The translations under genes were made by a program, and so were the position numbers. The notes under the pieces were generated by a model. The model saw only the letters and a list, made by a program, of their open reading frames with translations, searched no databases and was not told the DNA's origin. From Savitreella phatthalungensis (lineage: Eukaryota), in the NCBI GenBank assembly GCA_051599415.1, contig AP039693.1, forward strand, positions 310,001-374,000: a stretch of 64,000 nucleotides of DNA, given 5' to 3'. Numbering within the stretch: the stretch's first letter is position 1; every line of letters begins with the position of its first letter. Positions 20,699-33,291 of the stretch are shown one piece after another.

Positions 20699-23188
20699 AT
20701 GGCTTCTCCCATCAGGCGGCATTATCTGAAGAAGTTACTCATCGAACAGGAGATCGCTGATGAATTATCGAAAGTGAGCAAAGCCCCTGAAGCCCTTGGG
20801 TTGCCCATTCGTTCAAGGGCCTCGAATCGGCATCCGCAAGACGCGAATCAGTCTGTCGAAGCAGCGCAGCACGATGACCGTCTCCCTGTACTGCGATTTA
20901 TTTTCCAGCAATATGTGGTCACGTTCCCGTTCCTTGCGAAAACGGATCAAGAAGCTTTCTGGTCAGGAAAAGTTGTTCCGTTCGTGAGCAGCTTCAACGG
21001 GAAGCGCATGTCAAGTTCTAATGATCGAGCAGAGCTCACGAAGCGAGCTAAGTTTGGCAGACGCATTCAGTCCATGCTGGTCATGCTAATAGGAGCCGGC
21101 ATTTCCTCGGGAATAGAGCAGGCTGCAACTGCTGCTGACTCGTCAGACGCTAGTTTGGAATCTACGACCAGCGTACCAAATCAACAGGACGTACTTGTTG
21201 ATATCGTGGCAGTTAGACGTGTGCTCAGCGACGGTAGAGTGAGAAGATGGCACTGCGAATTCGTGGTCTCGTACAATGGTACATTGACCGCTCATCGCTA
21301 TGGCTCGTTCCGAGAGCTTCATGAAGCACTGCGTACGCAATTAAAGGATCGGTTAACCTTACCACAGCTTCCGAGGAAAGAGAAATCGAAACAGCGATCG
21401 TACTTCCAATATTTCGCCTCCTATGAAAGCGACAATATGAGCGATGGGGGAAACGCTGCAACGCCGGCATATCGTAGCGAGACGAAAGGCAGAAAGTCTT
21501 CACTGGACAGAGAGGCGCAGCGTCTGACATTGCGCGCCTATCTTCGTGCTCTTCTGCGGTCTCCAGAGCTCGCAAAGCACAGTCTTGTGCTTCGGTTCCT
21601 CTCGACGCCACGGACTGCGCTTTCTGAACACGACGAGCTTGACCGAGTTGAGAGAAGAAAGCTCGACCTCGCTCGTGAGTCACAGAGATGCAGGTTTGAC
21701 GACCTCATTCGAGAACGCACTTCTGCACTACAGCAAACCATGAACAGTTTCAAATCGGACCTCATCAAAGAAGGTGGCATCACCAGGCTGTTTGCCGCTA
21801 TTCGCGATTGCCAGACTATCGCGGATTTGCCGGAGAATTATCGGGTTGTGCTTTCGTGGGGTCGGATCGAGCTGGCAGCTACACTACATCGCATGTTCCT
21901 TTCGAGCGATAATTCCTCAGACCTCTTCGCACAAGCAAAGCGTATCCACACACTGATGCCTTATACTCTCATAAAGAATCTGCTTCGGTTCTCGAATCCA
22001 GTTCTCATGATGAGGAGCATGATCGATCTTTTCCTTGCTACACCATTCGGGCGACCATCGCTCTTTCAACGTATGTTCTCGTCAAATCTGCATGCCCAGA
22101 TCAAGGAGCTGGACGCTCGAATTCGTCGAGCGAGAATGTCGATCAATGATGACCTGATATGTGATGCCGTCGAGAGGTCGATCCTGGCTGATGAAACACA
22201 ACGCTTGGACGAGTACGAAGAGCAGGTCGCAGCTGCAGCAGAATACATGGACATCCTGACGCCAATCGTCAGAGTTCTACCAGCCACCCAGCAGTCTTAC
22301 ATGAAGACTGCCCGAGCCCATTGGGTCGCGGCACTCGACTGCAGCCCGCATGATGTCGCCAGTGCCCGTGTCTACGGCTCAGCCCTTGACCTGCTCCGCT
22401 GCTCTACGCTGAGGCGTGATCAACAGCAATTGATGGAACTCACTTTCGAGACGTCGACTGCGGCGCTTTTGAAGGACATCGTTTCGATTTTCTACGAACC
22501 TCTCGTGCGCATGTACAAGGCTTCGAGCGTTCATGACTCCATTTCCGACTTTGCTCGCTTTGCGGACGATTGTATGCAAACTGTCAAGGAGGCAGAGATG
22601 AGTACGACAACACCGATCGAACAGCTGCAAGCCTTCATGAACTTGGTCGAGCGCCATGAAGAGAGCTTCTTCCGTTTCGTGCACAACGCTCACAATCATG
22701 ATGAAGGATTGTTTACCGATTTGATGGGCTGGATTGACTCAATCGTGCATTTCCTTCGGTCCGGCAAAAGCCGTCTGCTTGATCTTGACGATCTCATAGC
22801 CATCACGGCTTTGGACGAGGACAAGCTGTGGAAGGAGGTGGACGATTACATTCATTACACAGTGTCTGTTAAGCAGTGGCGCAAAAAAAAACTACGAGCT
22901 CAACTCGCTGCGACAAATCATTTCGACATGCCTGTCGGCCTGTCTGGAAAGGATTTTGGCCTTGACGATGATGACCTTGATGACGTCTATTACGAACAGG
23001 CGTCAGACGATGAGCAAGAGCATTTTGAGGAACTCATGGACAAGCATGATCCATTGGTTGCAGAAATGCGGCGGCGAATGCGCATGAAAGAGAGGGCTAA
23101 CGAACCCAGACGGCCAGTTTTCAGCTATGTGAACCACCTCTCTTTGCCATTCAAGCGGCTGCTGTCACGTTTGCTATTGTCGGACTAA
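20699..23188 (+). CDS. PX-domain protein with PXB and DUF3818 regions (Lec1/YPR097W-like)
   Basis: HYLKKLLI, FIFQQYVVTFPFL...FWSGKV, PX signature HRYGSFRELH..L...LPQLPRK, RLTLRAYLR, IHTLMPY..IKN.LRFSNP. Confidence 0.85.
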   Translation: MASPIRRHYLKKLLIEQEIADELSKVSKAPEALGLPIRSRASNRHPQDANQSVEAAQHDDRLPVLRFIFQQYVVTFPFLAKTDQEAFWSGKVVPFVSSFNGKRMSSSNDRAELTKRAKFGRRIQSMLVMLIGAGISSGIEQAATAADSSDASLESTTSVPNQQDVLVDIVAVRRVLSDGRVRRWHCEFVVSYNGTLTAHRYGSFRELHEALRTQLKDRLTLPQLPRKEKSKQRSYFQYFASYESDNMSDGGNAATPAYRSETKGRKSSLDREAQRLTLRAYLRALLRSPELAKHSLVLRFLSTPRTALSEHDELDRVERRKLDLARESQRCRFDDLIRERTSALQQTMNSFKSDLIKEGGITRLFAAIRDCQTIADLPENYRVVLSWGRIELAATLHRMFLSSDNSSDLFAQAKRIHTLMPYTLIKNLLRFSNPVLMMRSMIDLFLATPFGRPSLFQRMFSSNLHAQIKELDARIRRARMSINDDLICDAVERSILADETQRLDEYEEQVAAAAEYMDILTPIVRVLPATQQSYMKTARAHWVAALDCSPHDVASARVYGSALDLLRCSTLRRDQQQLMELTFETSTAALLKDIVSIFYEPLVRMYKASSVHDSISDFARFADDCMQTVKEAEMSTTTPIEQLQAFMNLVERHEESFFRFVHNAHNHDEGLFTDLMGWIDSIVHFLRSGKSRLLDLDDLIAITALDEDKLWKEVDDYIHYTVSVKQWRKKKLRAQLAATNHFDMPVGLSGKDFGLDDDDLDDVYYEQASDDEQEHFEELMDKHDPLVAEMRRRMRMKERANEPRRPVFSYVNHLSLPFKRLLSRLLLSD

Positions 23189-23237
23189 CGCGCGACGACG
23201 GAAATGGCCGATGTGTCGTTGGGAGCCAGCATGCGAA

Positions 23238-23933
23238 TCAACCGATTCTTGTCGAGAGCTCGAGCTGCTCAAGAGCTTTGTGCTCAATCAAGACTCGTTT
23301 GTATTTCAAGAGCTCGTGAATCAGTAGTTCGTCGATCACTACGCTTTCACAGAGATAACCCAGATTGCTGATGGCCCTGTTAAGATTCAATCGACGGGCT
23401 GCAGTCACGAAAAGTGTGCGACCGCCTAAGGGCGTTTTTCCGGCGGCAAAACCGTGGTCGTTCAAGAAGTTGAAGGCGATTTGTGTTCGATGGGCTGGAA
23501 GCTCCATAGATTCTCCAATACATGTCAGGCTGCCCTCGTTGTATAAATGCGATAGTGCAATCCGCAAGGCAAGGAGATAGGCTTTTCTTGGCAGTTGCGT
23601 CGCAAAGTCACGAGGCTTTGGACCGTGCGCGCGGCCGCCCCCTCGAAGCATCGGAGAGGTCCGATCTCCCAGACGTGCTGCACCGCTGCCTTTTTGCCTT
23701 CGAATTTTTCGTGTAGAACCGCTGACCTCAGCACGGGATTTCGAGCTCGCACTGCCTTGACGCAAAGCATCCCGCTCGTAGACGACGGCTCCGTGGAGCA
23801 CATCGCGTCTCAGTGGTTGTCCCAGGAAAGCTACCGGCATGTTGAACTGTCTAACTGGCATGAGAGAAGGGAATGAATGCGCCGTCAAATGAACAGCTTG
23901 CGGCAGGGAGGAGATCAAGCGTGGTATCGTCAT
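23238..23933 (-). CDS. YML6: mitochondrial large-subunit ribosomal protein uL4m
   Basis: RQGSASSKSRAEVSGSTRKIRRQKGSGAARLG...RGGGRAHGPKPRDF L4 signature; first ATG at 23933, 5' end uncertain. Confidence 0.9.
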   Translation of the reverse strand: MTIPRLISSLPQAVHLTAHSFPSLMPVRQFNMPVAFLGQPLRRDVLHGAVVYERDALRQGSASSKSRAEVSGSTRKIRRQKGSGAARLGDRTSPMLRGGGRAHGPKPRDFATQLPRKAYLLALRIALSHLYNEGSLTCIGESMELPAHRTQIAFNFLNDHGFAAGKTPLGGRTLFVTAARRLNLNRAISNLGYLCESVVIDELLIHELLKYKRVLIEHKALEQLELSTRIG

Positions 23934-24448
23934 GCCGTATCTTGTGGAGACAATCTTCCTGGGCGTCCCTGCTGAGAATCGCTGGTGCAAATTATCTTAT
24001 CACCCGTTCAACGCTCAGTGCATGGTAGACTTGCTGCATGTTCACCACATGCGCTTTTCTCAGTCTTTCGAAAGAGCCCGATGATTTTAACCATAGGCAC
24101 ACGTGCGTACGTACATGAACCAATATTCGGTGAAAATTTAAATTTAAATTCAAAAATCGCAACGTTAATCTTACATGATATGCATGGCGCTCGTGCCATG
24201 CATTACAAACAATTTTCGCAACCGACCGGCATACCTGGCGATATTGTGTGCATCCCGAGCTCGAGCAATGCGTCAATAGCACTGCAGGACTCGACAGTCG
24301 CGTAGTGGCATCCACGAACGAACAGGCAAACGGCCAGGTATATGTACTTCGTTAGCTCTCATTGTATCACGCGTGCTGCTTGCCATAGAGGTTCTGGAGA
24401 GATTCTACTGCTGCGGTTCAACGACACGTATAGAATAATACGAAGGTA

Positions 24449-25264
24449 ATGAAGACAGTCAATGTACTGTTTGTCCTGCTCGGCACGGTGGGCGCGCTGA
24501 GATGGGGATTTTCCGCGGGCAAGCTCGACATTGATGGCACGCCCTACAATTTTGCTCTAGGGGACGCGAGAGTAACTGCGAGCCTGGCTCCCACGGCCAA
24601 ACTCAAGGTTCAGCTGAACACTAAGCTCGATGATGAGCCCAAGCGACCACATCAGTGCATGCTCATCTTCCGAACAACAGGTTCAAACGATGCGACAGAG
24701 GCTGCAGTGATGATGTCTGTGAAGCCGAGTACTGGTCGCGCCACTGCCACTTTATCCCAGAAGGATTTTGGCGCATTGTTCATGGTTGATGGACGGGTAG
24801 AAATATCCGTTGTAATTGGCGGACCTGGGGACGATGAGCCTATAAACCAGCAGATCGCGGTTGTGGAGTTTCTTCCGGACCCTAAGAAGCCTATCGTAGG
24901 TCCTGCCCGAGCACGATATGGGCCGCAACCAGACATCAACCACATCTTCAGACAAGCGCAGAAGTCGCCCGCTTTCCCCGTGTCACTCTTTTTCTCTATG
25001 GCAATTCTACTGGGCTTGGTCGGACTGATCGGCATCTGGATGCAATTGAAGGCCAATATATCCAGTCTAGGCACCGCTGTCGAGGCTGCAATCCTACCTC
25101 ATATCGGCCTTATGTTTGCTTTGCTCGGCATCGAAGGATTGCTGGTCGTTTTCTGGCTTCAGCTGCGCATTTACGAAGCTATTTTCGGCCTGTCAACGTT
25201 TGGCGCCTTGGCATTCCTCACGGGGCGACCAGCATTACGTGAGATGCAGCTGCGCCAAGGTTGA
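24449..25264 (+). CDS. SWP1: oligosaccharyltransferase subunit delta (ribophorin II, fungal short form)
   Basis: Signal peptide, KRPHQCML, RYGPQPDINHIFR..QKSP, three C-terminal TMs, GRPAL end. Confidence 0.88.
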   Translation: MKTVNVLFVLLGTVGALRWGFSAGKLDIDGTPYNFALGDARVTASLAPTAKLKVQLNTKLDDEPKRPHQCMLIFRTTGSNDATEAAVMMSVKPSTGRATATLSQKDFGALFMVDGRVEISVVIGGPGDDEPINQQIAVVEFLPDPKKPIVGPARARYGPQPDINHIFRQAQKSPAFPVSLFFSMAILLGLVGLIGIWMQLKANISSLGTAVEAAILPHIGLMFALLGIEGLLVVFWLQLRIYEAIFGLSTFGALAFLTGRPALREMQLRQG

Positions 25265-28200
25265 TCAGCTTTGCACGTCATGCTTCCTTGGTTCCTCCGT
25301 TGTAACGCTTTCAATCCCGCTGAATTTACCCTTACCCTTGTTGTTTCCCGAGTCCGTTAAGGGATCGTTGTCGGATCTATTGGGGGAAAATTGAGCCTGC
25401 ACGCGTTTGTAATGAGCGAGCTCTTCCTGCGATACGGATGGGATAAGCTCTCGAAGTGCCAGGAAGAAGTCACTTGCTGTCACGAGCACTTCCAGGTGCT
25501 CACGAGTGGCGAAGTGGTCAAAGAAGTACGCCGTCGAGATCGGTATGGTTCGTGTGGCATTTAGTCGTTTTACTTCTTCATCCACAACGTACGCCTGCCG
25601 TGTCATGGCCTTGAGCATAGCGTCAGAGCAGAGAGCGTAAAAGTCCGCCCCGGTATACGTAAACGGACACTTTCGTGCTACATCAAGAAGATCCAAGTCC
25701 GGGTGCAGCCTGAACTTCCGAGTCAATGCTTGCAAGATGTTCAGCTGCTGTTCGTCTGTCTCTGAGATACCAAGGTAAAGCATTTTGTCAAATCGACCTG
25801 GTCTTAATAGTGCCGGGTCTAGAAGGTCAGGCCGATTCGTCGCACCAATGACAAATACACCATTGCCGCCGTCTTTACCTTCTGCCATACCGTCCAGCTC
25901 TGACAGCAGTTGTGAAACTATTCGGTCCATGACTCCTCCAGAATCCCCTTGATTGCCGCGTTTCGGCGCTACAGAGTCAAGCTCGTCAAAGAAGACAACA
26001 CAGGGACGGGCGTCTCTAGCACGCTGAAAGACTCGCCTCACATTTGCCTCAGACTCGCCAATATACATGTTGAGCAATTCCGGACCTTTGACCGAGAAAA
26101 AGTTCAGAGAGAACGATGTGGCGACAGCCTTTGCGAGCAGCGTCTTGCCCGTACCTGGTGGGCCGTAGAAAAGAATACCGGACCGCTTCTTCATCCCGCT
26201 TGCAAACAGTTCTGGCCGTTCAAGTGGGAGCTGGATAGTATCTAGAATATCGTTCTTCACGCCAGCCAGACCACCAACGTCCGCCCATGTGACATTGGGA
26301 ATCTTGGGGGCACCTATCGCGTCAGAATAATTCCGTCTGGCCTCTTCGATGGAGGCCTCCAGATCGCTGTCAGTTATCCAGAATCCTGCTATTTCCAGGT
26401 CTTCCAGCGAGTTCGATGGTCTCGCATAGCTTTCTAAACGGTCCAAAGCGTGGAAACGGCTGCGATTGACAAAGTCGACGATGTCATCAGCTACGAGAGC
26501 TGCCGACTTGATCGCAAGCATTTTCAGATCGACCTCAGGCGAGAGCTCAAGGCCAGCTGAAGCCGCTTTGATGATTTCGAAACGTTCACCTTCATCTGGC
26601 GCTTCCATTGGCAGATCATGTCGGAAGCAGCCCAGCACCCCATCTGGCAATTTGTCTTTGTCGGAAGTGCCACCCACGATGGCAAGCGGAAACTGCCCGG
26701 ACGCGATTGATGCCTTCCTGATACAATCTGCCAGAACAAATCTTATGGCAGAATCTTGGCCACTTTCGAGGTCATCTTTCTTCTGCGCCAAAGCATCAAT
26801 GTTGCGCAAGAACAGGATACAGGGAGAGCACTGAGCTGCTTTCTCAAACCGGATCCGTAGGTAGGCTTCCGTCTTGATATCTGACTCACCCACCAATTCA
26901 AAGCAGTTGATCTCAAAGAAGTGCATTCCTAGCTGTGCCGCAGTGGCGGTAACAATTGAGGTTTTCCCGCAACCGCGAGCACCGTGAAGAAGTACGCTCG
27001 CGCTGGCGTTTGCCTGGCGTGCCGCGAGACTGAATGTCGCGGCAATAAGATTCTTGAGGGTCTCCTGAGCTCCTGCAAGTCCTGTGCACAACATTGCAGG
27101 GTTCGACAGACCATAGAAGCCAGCCCAGTAATTCAATGGTGGAATCCTGGCCTGCTCAAAACCCTGTTGAACGAGTCTTGTATTGCGTGAATCCACGACC
27201 ACATCCCCCAGGGCCACTGAACTATCGCCGTCGACTTGTACGTCTGTGACCTTGAACCACGCAAATGTGTCAGCCAGCTTGGAGGACCCATTCGCGTATT
27301 CGAGAGCGGTACTGTCTCCATGGACTGTTAGACGTGCCGAAGCCTCATCTATGCCCAGCAGAATAAGGTCTCCCGCTCGCATTAGGCGTGGAGATGACTC
27401 GAAGTAGCGACGAAGCTCGTCAAAGATAGCATCTTGAAGTGTACGATCTGTCGAAGCCGGGCTTGCTACGCGTGAGAGGTTCACTGCTTTGGCTTGTGGC
27501 AACATCGCAGCATTACGATCGCTCTTTTGTATATAAGCCCCGACCGGCTCCGATTGACTGTGACCGATGTTGTACAGCAGGATTGGTGGCAGGAACAAGG
27601 TAACCTCCAATTGATCACTCTCTGGCCCGAGTGGCAAAGGATATACGCGGAGAAGTCGGGCAGAGGGCGTCTCTGTGGGAGCTAGTGTGATCTCGACCCA
27701 ATCACCAACGAATAAGCCCAGTCTGATCAATGTTTCAACGGATCCATATGCGCGGTAAGCAGAGTCCGTGAAATCATCCAAGGGCGCGACGGGTTCAGAC
27801 CCCAGAGTGTCAAACGGTTGCTGCAAAGAGCGCAGCGAAACTTGTCGAAACTCGAAGCCCGAAAGCGTGTCGAGTGCGGTCAGAGGAACGAGCTCTGTGG
27901 GTTGCGAATGTGAACCATTCACTCGCGCCAGCGAGTCGCCGTTGCTGATAACTAGGCCTTCATCGTTCAAGCATTGTCTCACAACAACGAACTCGGTCGT
28001 CTCATCAACAATCCCTTGCCGTACGGGTTCTGTCAGCTTGATGATACCCCGCATGCTGTCGAATTCCATTGATTGACCAGTGACCCAGACTGTGGTCGAT
28101 GAGATCGTCTGTCGCAGGATTGCAAGATTTTCTACGACCGCGTCGTACGCAGGTTCGGCAAACGTCAAATAGACGCTCTCCAGGATCACGGGCTGAATGC

Positions 28201-28489
28201 TCCGTGCAACGACAGTTTGTAGATGACATAGCTTTGAGGCGGCAGCCGGAACACGCACTATGCTTGTTTCAGCTCGCGCACGGCTCGATGGTCTCGCGAG
28301 GCACACATGCCAATCAGCCGAATGAATCGGCGCCAGAGCGATATACCTGGCACTCGATTCTGAGCCCCCATCTGTGCTTATGAGAACATCCCATATGTCC
28401 CGGCTGACAAGGACAGCCTGCTTTTCGTACCCGTCCGCTTCCGAGCGAACAAGAACCTTGAGAGACCATGGGTGACTCCTGTCTCGCAT
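25265..28489 (-). CDS. PEX6: peroxisomal biogenesis AAA ATPase Pex6
   Basis: D1 [26 protein letters not shown]2 [49 protein letters not shown] at 28489. Confidence 0.96.
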   Translation of the reverse strand: MRDRSHPWSLKVLVRSEADGYEKQAVLVSRDIWDVLISTDGGSESSARYIALAPIHSADWHVCLARPSSRARAETSIVRVPAAASKLCHLQTVVARSIQPVILESVYLTFAEPAYDAVVENLAILRQTISSTTVWVTGQSMEFDSMRGIIKLTEPVRQGIVDETTEFVVVRQCLNDEGLVISNGDSLARVNGSHSQPTELVPLTALDTLSGFEFRQVSLRSLQQPFDTLGSEPVAPLDDFTDSAYRAYGSVETLIRLGLFVGDWVEITLAPTETPSARLLRVYPLPLGPESDQLEVTLFLPPILLYNIGHSQSEPVGAYIQKSDRNAAMLPQAKAVNLSRVASPASTDRTLQDAIFDELRRYFESSPRLMRAGDLILLGIDEASARLTVHGDSTALEYANGSSKLADTFAWFKVTDVQVDGDSSVALGDVVVDSRNTRLVQQGFEQARIPPLNYWAGFYGLSNPAMLCTGLAGAQETLKNLIAATFSLAARQANASASVLLHGARGCGKTSIVTATAAQLGMHFFEINCFELVGESDIKTEAYLRIRFEKAAQCSPCILFLRNIDALAQKKDDLESGQDSAIRFVLADCIRKASIASGQFPLAIVGGTSDKDKLPDGVLGCFRHDLPMEAPDEGERFEIIKAASAGLELSPEVDLKMLAIKSAALVADDIVDFVNRSRFHALDRLESYARPSNSLEDLEIAGFWITDSDLEASIEEARRNYSDAIGAPKIPNVTWADVGGLAGVKNDILDTIQLPLERPELFASGMKKRSGILFYGPPGTGKTLLAKAVATSFSLNFFSVKGPELLNMYIGESEANVRRVFQRARDARPCVVFFDELDSVAPKRGNQGDSGGVMDRIVSQLLSELDGMAEGKDGGNGVFVIGATNRPDLLDPALLRPGRFDKMLYLGISETDEQQLNILQALTRKFRLHPDLDLLDVARKCPFTYTGADFYALCSDAMLKAMTRQAYVVDEEVKRLNATRTIPISTAYFFDHFATREHLEVLVTASDFFLALRELIPSVSQEELAHYKRVQAQFSPNRSDNDPLTDSGNNKGKGKFSGIESVTTEEPRKHDVQS

Positions 28490-30908
28490 CTTCGTACTGT
28501 GTACCCGGAGCACGGGAATTGAAAGGACCCAGAAATTAGGCAGTGCGAGACCTCTGCGACATGTGATGGTTCGGATGATCAGTCAGTGTTGGTGTGAAGC
28601 TCGAGATCTTCCTTGCACATATTGTGTGGTCAGGGCATCTCCACAATTGCAAAAACCACAGTGAGCTCAGGCGTGCGTCGTTAATTTCTGCTATAAAATC
28701 AATCAATCTATCAATCAAGTACTTGTGCTTCCACGTTCGCGCGAGCATTGAATTTCACTTAGCGATTCCGATTTTCGATTAGACCTGTCGTTCTGGCCTC
28801 GTGAATCTCGACGGCGACATCGTCAATGCAGACCTGAACGACCTGGGGCTAGAAAAATAGCGATGGAGGCAGAAGAGCCATACATGCTCTCGATGCAAAT
28901 CAGGGTAGGTAGATCAAGTGCAGGCTCTTCTCAGCGAGCGAGATTTCAACACTGCTATTCGCAATGTCCAAAAAGGAAGTAGCTGATGAAAGGGGTGAGG
29001 CTCCGCCAAATGAACTAGAGTACAGCGTTTGTGTACGACCGATACATCCTTGATCGGCCTGTGCGATCACAACCTTTTTGAATCGCCATTACCTGACAAC
29101 TGTCACGTGGTATCAAAGCCAACATCAGGCTCTGGACGACATCAGACCATGGGCGAGCAGCGGCTGTTTTTTTCGCTGCATCAGATTTAGAGTCCTCAAA
29201 ATAGAGATTCTATTTTCATCAAACACAGCTAGAATTGCAACCGTCAGACTATCGCCAGTTCATCCAGTGATCTGAAACTGTTCACTAATTGCAATCCTCC
29301 GTGAGATTGATAGACTGTATTGCAGGGCGTGCGGAGCCCTTGCCGGGTCGACCGCGTGCCTAAGTTGGAACAAGCCTCTGCTGCTACAGCAACCAGACGA
29401 AAAAGCGATTAAAATGAGGTTTAAACTTAGGAGTGTTTCTGACTTTGCGATAATTGGCTGAGAAAGTCTCTTGTCCAAACCGTTTTGGTTCTCGTCATAA
29501 GCAGATTCACTTACATTAGCTCGGCCACAATCCAATGCATTCTGATTGAGACTACAATGTTTACCTGCAGAGGGCTTGACAAGATCGAGATTGTGTCTTT
29601 GGCCGTTCTATCTTCGCTTCGAGCGTATTCCATCCAGTGGTTGGTTGCACGAGCATTGACAAGATCGATACAGCTGAGGATAGATAATTGATGAAGCTGA
29701 AATGACTTCACAGAATGGAAGCACAACCCAATTGCTCTAAATCAAAGTACAGTGACCTCGATTGGTGAGATTGACTTAGCTCGGCTGTCTTGACCTCCAA
29801 GCAATTCAGCTCACGAACCCAAACCCCCCTCCCCCCGCGAACTGCCAGTGTCGCTCTGCGCGACAGTGCCTGCTGTGCCACCATGTTGCGAATGCGCACT
29901 GTCGGAATCTGACATGCCAGCCTCTGTGCCAGCATTTGTCGTCCCGCTGATTCTTCACTGCCTCTTGCGCTTCTGCTTCGAGTCGATACACAGCACGCCG
30001 CCCGGTGAATACCTGTCCAACCAACCAAACAATTTCTTTCTTGCTGAGAGTGTACATTACAAAGAGCCAGGAAGTAGGTGATAGGTATAACGATCGCACA
30101 GCTAGTCGCTTCAATTCCGTCTTTACTTGCTTCCAAACGTCCACACGCCTGGACGAAGCGCGCTATTCGCCTGCTGTGATTGACATATCTTCGACAAGCC
30201 GCTCGGGCGCGGTTCCATCAGGACAACCGCACCAAGGCCGTTCTTCCCTACTGACATATCATTATAACCATCTACAATCGCGGAAGTCCCTTCCGTGCAG
30301 GTCCTGACTGCCACGCGCCTCTTGAAGAGCGTCGAATCAGTCCATTACTATCGATCGACAGGCTCCTCCCGATAGAGGTCGGCAGCACCTGAGCCGAACA
30401 GTCGTCCGTATTTATCCAGGAGTTCCGGTCTGCATCAGCGCTAGCTGAGTCCCACAACTGTCACGAGCAATATCGCCGACACAATCAATCTGATTGGACT
30501 TCCTTTTGAGCAGCTCTGGGCACAGTATTCTGACCTCTAACATACCTGTCATCTGCCTGTGACCCATCAACACGAGGTTTACCTACAGATAGTATCGATC
30601 GCGTGCGTGTGTTGGTCACGCAGCTCGATCGACTCCTCTCTGCCTAAACTCCCGTTGACCCCTGGAGTATCGCCAACGCTCGACATCCGCGCTCTCCCTT
30701 CCTTTCCACTCCAGCGCACGACACGTACGCGCCCGCGCGAGCACACACACGCGCTAGCATCTCCTTTCCGTTCCTTGGGCGCGCTAGCGTTGCGCTTTCG
30801 CAGTAGACACGGTCTCTTCCTCGTCCACTCGTGCGCGTGCCCGACCGCTCGATCGCCGATCCTTTCGCCCGTGGACACAGGGAGAAATTTGAAATCGCCT
30901 CTTCTGCA

Positions 30909-31096
30909 ATGAATCACTACGGTACAACACCACAACTAGCCTACGGGTATCCATCCTACATGCAGCAGCAACAGCAAGCCGCGCAGCAACAAGCCCAGCA
31001 GCAACAGCAGTTGAAATCAGATGCCGGCGACCAAGGCTCGTCATTACCATTCTTGAATGGTCAGAACTCGCACGACATGCAGCAACTAATCGTTCA

Positions 31097-31156
<60 letters not shown>

Positions 31157-32012
31157 GCAGCAGCTCCAGCAACAGCAACTCCGTAACCGCTTCTCCAACT
31201 CAAGTCTTCAGCCAGCTCATGCAGCTGGAACAGCCTACAGCGGATTTAGCCAGCAGCAAGCGGCTGCAGCATCGCGTCCGCAGTCGATGCATCATAACGC
31301 GCATGACGTTATCTCATACGCGCCCTCATCGCCGGGCGCCTCCTCCTTCATGACGATGTCAGAGAGACGACTATCTCGCGATTCAACGTTCGACTTGGAT
31401 GCGGACGCGGCCATGTATCGTCGTGCAGATGATGCCGGATCACGTTTATCTCAGAATCTGTCAATGCGGCGTGGCTCGACGGCTCCCGGTGGGCGTCCGC
31501 ACATGGCCCCGCCGATTTTCACGACTCAACCTGTAGTCGATCGCTCGAATCGGTATACTCGTACATATCCGTACCCGCATCCCAACGCGCCTGAGCCGAC
31601 GGCTGGATTCCCTTACGCTTTCCCTGATCCATCCATGGGACCTGACGGAATGGAAACATCTCCAATCCCGAATCCAGCGCTCTCGCAGGTCATGAGCGAT
31701 TCAACACCGTACTCGCGCTCTCCCGAGCTGCGGATTTCTCACAAGCTGGCGGAGCGCAAACGACGTAAGGAGATGAAGGATCTCTTTGATGATCTGCGAG
31801 TGAAGCTGCCGCTGGACAGGACACTCAAGACTTCGAAGTGGGAAATCCTTTCAAAGGCGGTCGAGCACGTTTCCTATCTCGAGGAACAGCTCGACCTCAT
31901 GCGGCGCGAAAACGACGAACTTCGCCATCAGCTTGGGGGTGGCACCAGCAGCAGTCATGTTCCAAATTCGCATCAGGGCCAAACAAATCATGGCAACGAC
32001 ATGATGCAATGA
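30909..32012 (+). CDS. bHLH transcription factor with polyglutamine activation region
   Basis: SRSPELRISHKLAERKRRKEMKDLFDDLR..LP...KTSKWEILSKAVEHV bHLH followed by a coiled coil; ATG at 30909. Confidence 0.9.
31095..31163 (+). repeat. CAG/CAA trinucleotide repeat encoding Q23
   Basis: Mixed CAG/CAA run within the bHLH gene. Confidence 0.9.
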
Positions 32013-32356
32013 TGTTGGAATGCAAATTTACGGGGAGCAGTTTGGTGTGCTTCGGAGTGTGGAAACGGTGGAAACGTAATACGATAATTCCACACGACAT
32101 CGTTCTCATCTGTCAGATGTATCTCTGCGGTTGTCCTTGCATGCTTTCTGATGGCCTTGATGAAATGTTCCAGCTTGCGCGACAGAGCTACGTATTCCAT
32201 CGTGCAGGGAGCACAGGATGGCACAGCGGTTTTCGACAGCTAATCTCTCCGAATGCTTCTTCAAGATAGTATGCCATGCACTGCGAGCCGAGATCAAGTG
32301 AGTCCGGCAAAGGGCGCTTCCAGGTCCTGTAGTTTCCGGCAGTGATCACGTTCTTA

Positions 32357-32710
32357 TCAGCCTCGCACTATTTTAATGTTGTTTTCTCGTTGAAAGGCGG
32401 CAAACTCCTTCTCTAGAGCATGGTATTGCTTCATCAATGCGTCCATGACACCCTCAATTCCTTTGGTATTTGTCTCCAGCGTGGGCCGAACATCAGCAAC
32501 TGTCCGTTTCATCAGGACGCCAGAGCCCCCCATCCTAAAGCATGTTCGTGTGTCGTTCACTTGTTCAAGTGCCCGAAGTACAAGCTTGTGCTCATCACGC
32601 TCCGTCTCAAGGTCACCCAGCTTGCTTGCAAGCTGCTGCAGGCCTGATTTATATGCGTCGTAACGCCTTTGCAGTACATTTTGGTCGACTGCTGGCTTGC
32701 CGGGCGACAT
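32357..32710 (-). CDS. GIM4: prefoldin subunit 2
   Basis: LQQLASKLGDLETERDEHKLVL..L...RTCFRMGG.GVLMKRTVADV.PTL. Confidence 0.9.
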   Translation of the reverse strand: MSPGKPAVDQNVLQRRYDAYKSGLQQLASKLGDLETERDEHKLVLRALEQVNDTRTCFRMGGSGVLMKRTVADVRPTLETNTKGIEGVMDALMKQYHALEKEFAAFQRENNIKIVRG

Positions 32711-33291
32711 GCTTGCTGTAGAAATTCGCGACTCTTACAGGTAGCTCCGCACAACCGCGCTTGAGTGCATGTGTCAATCGATTGAATGTGTTTCGCTCAC
32801 GTTCACCTTCTGGGACGTGCGTGCTTCGATTGAAGCGAATCGCGGCGTTCTTGATGCATGCGATTATGCATTTTTCTCTTCTGTGGTCGCACAATATCGC
32901 CGGACGGACATCCTTGATCTGCTCGGTCTCCAGAAACTATTCGACCTTCGCACTGCGAACACAGTGATGCGCAAGCGAAATTTAAGCTCGCAAGGGCGCT
33001 CGCTCTGCACTGCGCTCCAGCTTACGACTCCTGCCGATTCCTGGACGATGCCAGCTGCAAACGATCAGCATGCTTTGCATCGAAACCTGTAATGGTTACT
33101 ACGAGATCATCGAATCCCCGGCATGCTGCTGCATGACGCACTTCAGATCTGCATCTTACGAGCTGAGTCGGAGGCTCTGATCCACGTATGCTGAAACGTG
33201 CCTCAGGTGCTTCCGTCAGAGGATGTCAAATAGCCGGCTCGTGTAATATAATGGCGATCGTCGACCTGAACGAATTCGCGGCCATCTACTG

